64,000 nt of DNA, taken from a virus. Its lineage: Duplodnaviria; Caudoviricetes. The position numbers and the translations under genes are program-made. A model generated the notes under the pieces. It worked only from the letters and a program-made list of their open reading frames with translations. It searched no databases and had not been told where the DNA came from. Location of the stretch: positions 1 through 64,000 of IMG/VR virus record IMGVR_UViG_3300035520_001075; one strand, given 5' to 3'. Below, in pieces: positions 32,901 through 41,320 of the stretch; position 1 is the stretch's first letter, and the number at the start of each line of letters is the position of its first letter.

Positions 32901-35900
32901 AAGAAGAAGAATGGAGACCTTTACAAAATAGTAAATACGAAGTATCAAATATGGGTAGAATTAAAAATTTACAAACTGGAAAAATAACTTTTGGTAGTAG
33001 GAATAAAAATAGTGGCTATATTAGGTGGACATATAATGATTTAAATGGAAATCGACAAGAAATTCAAGCTCATAGAGCTGTTTATATGGTTTTCCACCCA
33101 GATGAAAAAATCAATGTTATTAATCATATTGATTCTAATAGAGGTAATAATAGATTAAGTAATTTAGAGAATGTTTCTCAAAGAGAGAATGTTATAAAAA
33201 GTTATTATCAAACAAAAACAAAACAGACAAAACTAACTGGACAATATGATTTAGAGATGAATTTAATTCAAGTTTTTCCTAGTACCTCAGAAGCTGCAAA
33301 AAATATTGGATTAAACAATTGTTCAAATCTCTCTCGTGCGATGAAAACTGGCGGCATTAGCCATGGTTATTATTGGAGGGAAATTTCAAAAGCAGAATAT
33401 GATGAATTCTTAAATAAAAAATAATAAAGCTAGGTAACGTAACCCATTGAATTGCGGGAATCTCCTTTAAAATAACACAACCAAACAATTCTAAGAATTG
33501 CGGCGAAGGTAATGACTAAGGTATGGTAATATCGTGTTATTTTGGACAATCCGCAGCGAACTTATTTACTTTTTAGTGAATAAAGCGTTCAACGACTATC
33601 GAAATTATAAGTAGAGTAGATTTTTGGAAATCGAAGTAGTGGGGAGTTAGTTATTAACTCATGATATAGTCTAGCTATTATTGAAAGATAATAGAAAAAC
33701 TGATAGCAACTACTGCGGCTTGACTTTAAACGGGTCGCATAAAATCTTTTGAATTGCGGGGACATAATTAAATTTTGAAATACTAAGCAGAAGCGGCGAT
33801 GGGTAATTCCAAAGGTATAGTAAAAAGTTTCAAAATATTATAATCCGCAGCGAATTTTTCTAATAGAAAAAACGTTCAACGACTATCGAAAGCAAATTGT
33901 AAGTAGAGTAGATTTTATAGAGTCGAAGTGGAAGACACTCTAAAAGAGTGAAGATATAGTCTAATATTTATTAATATAATAAATATAGGGTTCTCGTTAA
34001 AATGCTGGCGAAGTGTACAGCCTAAAAAAACACAATTCTTTCAAATGCTGGGACATCTTAAAGCCCATTATACCACAGCACAAAGAGAAATCTTAAATGC
34101 GAAGGTTCTAAAAAATAATGGGATTTATAGGATACTATAAAATAGACAATCAGCATCCAAGCACCGCCAAGGTGAAGGTTCACAGACTTAAAAGAGAATT
34201 ACTAATAGTAAATTATATAGTCGAGCTTTATTGAAAAATAAAAGGAAGTGATTTAATATGTATAAAACAATTATGATTAATGAGTAGATAACAGAATATT
34301 TAATTTTTGATGATGGGCGTTTATTTAATAAAAAGACAAATCATTATTTAAAAGGAAGCATTAGTTCAACTGGTTATAGAACTTATTAGCTAACAGTTAA
34401 GGGCAAATACTATAATATGCTTGCTCATAGATTAGTAGCGGAATATTTTTTAGACAATAAAAATAATTTGCCTTATGTTTATCATAAGGACGGTAATCGT
34501 CTTAATAATTATAAAAATAATTTAGAATGGGTTAGCTTTTCTGAAAATTCAATAGAAGCCTATGCGGCTGGCCGCAGAACGTCTCATGCTACTAAACAAT
34601 ATATTACAGAAGAAGAATTAGCTAATAAAGAATGGAGACAAATTGAACAAACTCAATATTATGTTTCTGAGTATGGAGATGTTTATAATTCTAATACGAA
34701 AGCAAAATTAAGACCAAAGAAAGATGGCTATTTACGCTATTCAATTTTTATTGATAATGAAATTAAAATAATTCCTGCTCATATTTTAGTTTATAAAGCT
34801 TTTGTTAATAAGGAAATTCATAATGAAATAGACCATATAGATGGTAATAAACTAAATAATCACTATACCAATTTAAGAGATATATCTCATTCTGAAAATA
34901 TGATTAATGCAATGAATAATGGTCATAGAAATAAAATAGCGGTAGAGCAAATTGATGAGAATGGAAATATTGTTAAAATTTTCCCATCTATAGCTGCCGC
35001 CGCAAAAGAAATGAAATGCCAACCTGCTCTAATAAGAAGGGCAATAAAAAACAAAAACAAAACTCATAATTACTATTGGAAAAAACATATTAAATAATCT
35101 ACTTGCAGCAGAGTAGATTCTTAGCTTAAAATTTAAGGCTACAATATTTGAATTGCTGGAAACTCCTTAGAGCCTAATAAACTACAACATAAAAAGAAAT
35201 TTTAAGTGTGATAGTTTAAAAATTATTAGGATTGGACAATCAGCAGCCAAGCATCGTTAAGATGAAGGTTCAACGGTCATTACGTAGGAATAAGCATTCC
35301 GAAGCGGAGAATTTCTGGAAAGATAAGATATGACCTTTTCTTATAGGAAACTATAAGCCATATTGGAAAGTTATTTAGCGAATAGCTTTAAAAATAAAAG
35401 TTAATGGAAGATTACGATAGAACAGTGGAACTTGTTGAAACAGCACAAGATTCTACTGGTAAATCCTCTGAACAATTTGCAAAATATCAAGATACACTCG
35501 AAAATAAAGTTAATAAATTAAACGTTGCCTGGGAAAAATTAAGGTAGAAATTTGTTAGCTCAGATATATTTAAGGGAGCTATTGAAAGTATTACAAAACT
35601 TGTTGATAAATTAAATAGCTTTAGTATTGCGGATTTTGCAGCATTGGGAACTGTATTTGTTACACTTGGCAATACTGCTGCAGAATCTTTTTTAAATGGA
35701 TTTCGTTCTACTCTAAAAGGAGTCGGACAAATAACAACCATGATGTCAGAAAAGTTTACTTTACAAGCCTTTCCTGAATTTAGTAAAAATTCAAAAGAAA
35801 AATTACAAAAAGAACTTGAAAAAAGTAATAATTGGGTAGAAAGAGCAACATCTAATTTGGAAGCTAATAAAACAGCAAGGTCCGAAAATTATAGTCTTTT

Positions 35901-38900
35901 AAATTCTCTGAAACAAAAGTAGGTAAAAAATCTTGAAGAAGTTAAAAATTTGAAAAATTCTCAACTAATAAGTCTCATGCGTGGAGACAGTGATGAGGTA
36001 CTACAAAGAATTGAGAATAGTTTACAAGAAAAACAAAAAATAGGAGAACAAATAGGAGAAGATCTTCAAGCAACAGAACAAGAACAAGAGAAAATAAATT
36101 AGGCTATTGTAAAAGGAAAAAAGGATTTAGCTGAAGCAAAAGCAGACCAAAGTTTTAAGACTCAAAAACTACAAGATTCTGTAGTTGTAGATTCTACAGA
36201 ATTAGCTGAAACTGCAAAAAATTCTTTCGTTACTGCATTTACCACTGGTATTACAGTAGCTTTTGCAACTGAAAATCCTATTAAAGCAGGGCTTTCTGCG
36301 GCAGTGGCAGGGGCAGTAGCTTTCTTGCCTATTATTTTTAAAACAATAAAAACGTTAATGACAAAACAATCTTTGAGTTTGGGTCAAGCAGCTGCAAAAG
36401 CCTTTAATTCAGGATTGGGCCCTTATGCAATTATTGTCGTGGCTGTTGCTGCTGCTATAGCTGCAGTTGTAGCTGGAATAAAAAAATTACAATCAACCAT
36501 GGAAGCCAATTCTATTGGTGGCCGCATTAGTGCTCTTGAAGAAGATATTGATAATGCCACAGAATCTGCGACGAAGTTAAAAGAGGCTTTATCAAAAACA
36601 ACAGAAGAGAAAAAATCATTAGAAGAAATTAAAGAAACTTATAATGAGCTAAAAAATAAGCTAATTTTAACAGAAGAAGAGCAAGAAGAATATAATTCAA
36701 TGGTAGAGACTTTAAAAGAGAGTTATCCAGAATTAATTACTTACTATGATGAACAAAATAATAAAATTACAATTTCCAACTCTTTATTAGACGAACAAAT
36801 AGAAAAGGTTTCGGCATTACAAAAATTAGAATCTCAGCAAGTGTTAGCAGCGGATTATAAAACAGAAGGATTGCAAAATCAATATGATACGTTAAATGAA
36901 ATACTAAGCGGTTATTCTAAGTTTGGCTTTGATGCGACGTGGGCGACAGAAGATGACAATATATTTAAAGAATCTTCTTTTAATACTAACACTATAAGTA
37001 TGATTGATGAAGAAGGCTTATTAGATATTTATAATAAATATCTCAATAAAAGCACACCTGTTGTTTCAATGTCAGCGGAAGATAGGAACGCTGTTATAAA
37101 TGCAATACAATATGCCTTCTCAGGTGATTATGCTTATCTTTCAGGTATTTCAGACAATTATAAAGAAGGAGCACAAGCATTAGCTAATGCAGCAGAATCA
37201 GAAAGAGAAATCATAGATGGATTAAAGAATGACTTTGCGGAACTCTATAGCTATGCTACCGATTATTATAGTACAAACTATTCTGATATGACAGAATCTG
37301 AGCAGGATATACGAGGGGCAATTGCCGCGGCATATATTGACAAGTTAAATGATATTGTTATTTCTGATAGTACCGATATGTAGGACGTATTGACATAGGT
37401 ATCGGAAATTCTTGGAGATTCAGGGATTGTAAATTTAGATTAGTTTGAAAACCAATTTACATCAGCATATGCCAGTCTTAAAAGTGGGTGGAAAGGAGCG
37501 AATACTTTAGCTTAGAACGATGCTTCTGCTAGGTCATTATTAGCTCTTTTGGGTATTACCACAGAACAAGAATATGCTGACCTTGGTATAAAAGATTGGG
37601 GTAATGATGATATTTTAGCTTATATGAATAGTAATTTTATTCCTTTATTATCAGAACAAATAACAGAAGCTTTAGGAGAAGTAGAAATAGATAGTAATGC
37701 ATTATCTGTAGCAAATGAACTTTTTACTGACGTAAACGAGATGTCAGCAGAAGAATATGCAAATGCTAAAAACACTTTATCTGAGGCATTAACCCAATAT
37801 GATGATATTGATATAGATACTGTTTTGGGAGCTCTTTTTGATTAGACTACAATTGATAATGCCGTAGAAAGTTTACAGGCCTATAATAACACGTAGGATT
37901 TTACCATTAGTAATTACACTACAATGGCATCTGCTTTAGCTAACTTACAAGACCGTTTCGGTTCTTTAGATGCATATGCACAAGACTCTTTCCAAGATTA
38001 TATTAATTTTATTCAAGGACAAAATTTATCAAGTGATGTCGCAAATGCATTATTTAATATTGATGTTTCTTCTTTTGATGGACAAACAAGAGAAGAAATA
38101 AAAGAGGCAATAATTGAACTAGTATCAAATGAAGACCTCGAAGGGGCATTGGGAGAGAAAGAAGCAAAAGCTTTTGCAGAGGGCTATATTAATGAATTAG
38201 AAACAGGAGCTTTGGCGGATTTTAGCATTACTTCTGTTGTTGGTTTTGAATCTGAAATTGATGATATAAAAGAATAGGCTAAAACTATTACAGATTCAAT
38301 GTCTTCTATTACTGATGCAATTACCAATTAGGCGGAAAAAGGATACATTACCGTTAGCAATTATGCTACTTTAGCAGAACAATTAAGCAGTTTAGACTTA
38401 GATGTAGATGATTATGTTTCTGTTAATGATAATGGAGATTATAGTTTAAATGCAGAGGCTTTAAGAGATGCTTATGCAGAACAACTTAATGATAAAGAAA
38501 ACTTAGTTGAATTGGCAAAAGAAGATTTACAAAACGGTATTGATGAATTAGATATTCAAATTCAAATCCTTGAAAGTATGCTCAACGGAGTTAATGCAGA
38601 AGATGCAAAGGGAGAAGCCATTGCTCGAAACAATAGACTTTATGCGGAACAATTAGCATTATAGGCTGGTCAAGACGTTGATACTTATTTAACAAATCAT
38701 AATATAAGTTTATCTGATGCACAAAGTTCGTTAACGACTGAACAAAAGAAAATAATACAAGATCAAATTGATTCCCTGTAGGCTCAAAAAACAGATATGG
38801 AAAATAAAAAGAATAACTTAACTGAGGATGAAGCAGAAAAGATAATATCTCCTTATTTAAATGACCTTTTACGTACATATACTGAGGCTTGGGATGATGG

Positions 38901-41265
38901 AGTAGAAAAAGCAGAAGACGCAGAAGATATTGAAGACGCTTTAGAAGCTATTGAAGAAGCAGAGCAAGATGTAATTGATAAAACAAAAGAACTTCAAGAA
39001 GCATATCAGGGCTCAGCTTGGTATGAGAGTGCAGTGGATTAGCTGTATAATTATACTACTGCTTTGGATTATGTTGCTGATAAAATTAGTGATTTTAAAG
39101 ATACTCTTGATGATTTAAGTGCTGATGATAATATTACTGAAAATTTAAATGGATATTTAGAGAATATTAAGAAATATAATACAATTTCAGAAGCAGAGAA
39201 AAAAGTTCTTGAACAAGCTAATCAGTCAATTATTGATGGACTTGACAATACTTTAACTAAAGAATTACAGGCTCTTAGCGAAAAATATAGTGATTATAAG
39301 ATTGATACAAATGTTTCTGATTATTATACTTATGATGAATATAGCGGAACTTATATGGTTAATAGTAATGCACTGGCCGCCGCCAAGATGTCAGATACCA
39401 TTAAGAAAGAAATCGAAACACAAGTTCAGCAGTTAAATAGTAATTTAAGTTCAATAAACGATATAAATGAAAATGTAAAGAAATATGAGTAGGAATTAGA
39501 AGATTTACAAGAAACAGCATTAAACAATCAAGTTGCTCTTGAAGATGAAGTAATTTCAACCTTAAAGCAAAAGTATCAAGAAGAAATTGATAATGCTAAA
39601 GATAAATATCAAGCATTAGAAGATGCTAATGATGAATATCTTGAAGCTTTACAAGATGCAATTCAGAAAGAAAGAGATTTAAGAAGTGAACAGGATAGTT
39701 GGGACGACTTAGCTAAGAAAGAAAAGAAACTGTCTTTAATTTCAAGAGATACTTCTGGGGCAAATCAATCTGATATTCAAAGTTTACAAGATGAAATTGA
39801 TAATGATAGACAAACATTATTAGATGATACTGTCGATAATATTCTTGAAACAATGAAAGAACAATATGAAACACAGAAAGAACAAAATGATACTCAAATA
39901 GAAATTCTTGAAAATCTTCATAGCGACGAAGCAATCACAAAAGAAGCTGTAAGTCTTATCGCAAGTTGGCAAACAACAGATGATATGATATTATGGATGA
40001 CTCAAAATTCAACAGAGTATGAAACTTGGTCTGATTCTAAATATCAGCAAATGGTTGAATCTTGGGAAAAAGAATTCCTAGCAAAACAAGCAGCAGATGA
40101 AATATTATAGACAGATTTATTATCTCAGACTAAGACAGACGCGGAAGAAATTGAACAAACATATGAAGCTTATGACCAAACAGCAACAACTCAGATAACA
40201 ACTGCTATTGGAGACGATATAGATACTGTTTCTACAGAAATTAGTGATGCTAAAAAGGCTTTAGAAGAGGCACAAAAAACATTAATAGAAAAGCAAGAAG
40301 CTTATAATGAATTAATAACTAATATTGATGAAAATGTTGCAGATATAGCAAACGGAAAAACAGCGGATAATGATAATAACGATAATAAAGATAATGATAC
40401 CGTTGCAGACGAAACAGCAGCATATTATAAGGAACAATATGATAAAAATGCTAATAATCCAGCTGCTCAAAGTGCTATAATTTCAACAGCTAAAAATAAT
40501 GGATATAATTTTTCTAATGGATTTTTTTATAAATCGTCTAGTATTTAGAATAATGACGATGATACTTCTAAACTAACAGAAGCCAAGGCATTATATACAC
40601 AATATTTAGCTAATGAAGGTAATGCTAATGCACAAACACAAATTGGTAATTTAATATCTAAAACTGGTTATACTGTTGAACAAATCAAAGAAACATATAA
40701 CAATTCAGGATTATCGTTGATAAATAAAGCAACAGTTTCAAGTGAAGATGCCGTAAAAGAAGGTCAGTGGTATTCTGTAAACACAGGAACAACTAATGAA
40801 TGGACTGAATACGGACAAGTTCTATGTGCAGACACCCAAACAGAGTTAGAACAAATTATACAACTCGGCAGAAAATAGGGCTATCTTGCTAATATAGAAT
40901 TTGCTATGACCCATAAAGGAACCGATGAACCTACATACTTTTTTAAATCAGGCGGCCTTGTTGACTACACTGGTCCAGCATGGGTAGATGGTACAAAAAC
41001 CAAGCCAGAAGCTTTCCTCTCAGCATCAGACACTCAACGTATAGGAGAAGCCGCAGAACTTCTTGCTAATATTCCAATACTCAACTCAACATCAACTTCA
41101 GCAACCAATCTTGCCACAAATGTTGGAGATACAACAATTGAAGTTCACATTAATATAGAAGAAATCTCATCAGATTACGATGTAGATTCAATGATTGATA
41201 GAGTTAAACAAGACATTGTAGATGTTTCTAATCCAATAGGAACACAAGTAATGTTGTCGAAATAA
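26914..41265 (+). CDS. tail tape measure protein, 10 exons, ~2626 aa after splicing and TAG read-through
   Basis: Exons 26914-28443, 28863-28983, 30082-30164, 31618-31629, 31906-31922, 32197-32401, 33703-33720, 33989-33997, 35106-35126, 35401-41265 (7881 nt, in frame). Joined core: EMTAA|LRGF...SKTAS|IANSAG...TQEAP|ENIG|TAMKTI|IARF...TQRY|IATTAA|GSR|QQSRFLA|LMEDYDRT, a TP901/PhageMin_Tail-type motif; C-terminal FKSGGLVDYTGPAWVDG. Confidence 0.92.
28444..28862 (+). mobile_element. group I intron TMP-1 (419 nt) with a degenerate ORF remnant
   Basis: P1 GCGGCU/GGUCGC (28457-28462); P10 GCGUA/UACGC; core AATTGCTGGAAA, AATCAGCAGCC, CAACGACTATC, AAGATATAGTC; terminal G 28862. Confidence 0.9.
28984..30081 (+). 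mobile_element. group I intron TMP-2 (1098 nt) with an ORF in the P6 region
   Basis: P1 AGCAU/GUGCU (28990-28994); perfect P10 CAAUCG/CGAUUG; core motifs flank the ORF; terminal G 30081. Confidence 0.92.
29150..29920 (+). CDS. intron-encoded Zn-ribbon repeat protein, ~256 aa (homing-endonuclease-derived, no catalytic motif recognised)
   Basis: RBS AAGGAG; repeated CxxC pairs (CTKC/CPKC, CNKC/CGNC, CKRC/CPNC, HKC/CPKC); TAG 29786 read through to TAA 29918-29920. Confidence 0.7.
30207..30235 (+). promoter_or_regulatory. intron-internal sigmaA-type promoter for the GIY-YIG ORF
   Basis: TTGACT-N17-TATAAT with extended -10 TG. Confidence 0.8.
30292..31272 (+). CDS. GIY-YIG homing endonuclease
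   Basis: N-terminal GYIY...KMYIG...YKGSG...LEKYY...FYN motif; lies inside intron TMP-3. Confidence 0.85.
   Translation: MDFGYIYYSKNEINGKMYIGKITTRSLHWENDYKGSGTDLQKALKEYGTKNFSIHFLAAAQSSEELTRLEKYYLTYYKIPNEKFYNKNLATSNSGQSNYYNKNNQKGINLRDVVCYNLKDDSLTIFNNFTAFCKEHNMIRGNIFNVISGQRITHKDCIFWYKDYPLSEDGINWIVNYKNKTNYKTKYIKIDEVKEELKSNYNLANNKDIDFKFNGYYIEDNKELTLNWEEINSEEIERLIDKEGTAPKEEETIGKLELNKEIDNKFELPRDSEFVIVGNGKTLYFNYDEINILTKLYTDINPRILRQALNRKQRTVMNKQYSIVYS
31630..31905 (+). mobile_element. group I intron TMP-4 (276 nt)
   Basis: P1 CAUUGGU/GCUAAUG (31640-31646); P10 UUGCA/UGCAA; core motifs present; terminal G 31905. Confidence 0.92.
31923..32196 (+). mobile_element. group I intron TMP-5 (274 nt)
   Basis: P1 AGACCAU/GUGGUCU (31931-31937); core motifs present; terminal G 32196; splits an Ile codon AT|A. 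Confidence 0.92.
32460..32488 (+). promoter_or_regulatory. intron-internal sigmaA-type promoter for the HNH ORF
   Basis: TTGACT-N17-TATAAT with extended -10 TG. Confidence 0.8.
32537..33424 (+). CDS. HNH homing endonuclease with two tandem HNH domains and a NUMOD-like C-terminus
   Basis: VHHKDGCPRNNTLDNLEW and INHIDSNRGNNRLSNLE; EEWR...YEVSNMGR (NUMOD4-like); FPSTSEAAK (NUMOD1-like). Confidence 0.88.
   Translation: MKMVEGKPVIINGKETQYFLFKNGDLYNENTHRIAQGAINQGYIRFTLEIDGETIGIYKHQLMAQLFIPNPENKPIVHHKDGCPRNNTLDNLEWVSQEENLNKIINPVEHKITEKLTLEELEEEEWRPLQNSKYEVSNMGRIKNLQTGKITFGSRNKNSGYIRWTYNDLNGNRQEIQAHRAVYMVFHPDEKINVINHIDSNRGNNRLSNLENVSQRENVIKSYYQTKTKQTKLTGQYDLEMNLIQVFPSTSEAAKNIGLNNCSNLSRAMKTGGISHGYYWREISKAEYDEFLNKK
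33721..33988 (+). mobile_element. group I intron TMP-7 (268 nt)
   Basis: P1 UGCGGCU/GGUCGCA (33733-33739); core motifs present; terminal G 33988. Confidence 0.9.
33998..35105 (+). mobile_element. group I intron TMP-8 (1108 nt) with an HNH ORF in the P9 region
   Basis: P1 UCGU/GCGA (34008-34011); P10 UGCUG/CAGCA; core AAATGCTGGGA, AATCAGCATCC, CACAGACT, TATAGTC lies before the ORF; terminal G 35105. Confidence 0.88.
34258..35097 (+). CDS. HNH homing endonuclease with tandem HNH domains, ~279 aa and 2 internal TAG
   Basis: RBS AAGGAAGTG, ATG 34258 in frame with track ORF 34417; AHRLVA...HKDGNRLNN and IDHIDGNKLNNHYTNL motifs. Confidence 0.85.
35127..35400 (+). mobile_element. group I intron TMP-9 (274 nt)
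   Basis: P1 UAGCU/GGCUA (35137-35141); P7 shows compensatory changes (GGTCA/TGACC instead of GACTA/TAGTC); terminal G 35400. Confidence 0.9.
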
Positions 41266-41320
41266 AGAGAAGATTGAGAGTTCTCTATGAGGACTCTCAT
41301 CTTCCTATAGATGAGGTGAA

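Larger units (their letters stand above)
32402..33702 (+). mobile_element. group I intron TMP-6 (1301 nt) with an HNH ORF in the P1 loop
   Basis: Exon end CGUUAU pairs with GUAACG at 33434-33439, after the ORF; core AATTGCGGGAA, AATCCGCAGC, CAACGACTATC, GATATAGTC; terminal G 33702. Confidence 0.9.

Noticed and set aside
28444-35400. Independent small genes, inteins or group II introns between tape measure fragments
   Set aside because: Reading frames are closed at the insertion points, there is no RT ORF or intein motif, and group I core motifs with U.G P1 and terminal G are present in each insert.
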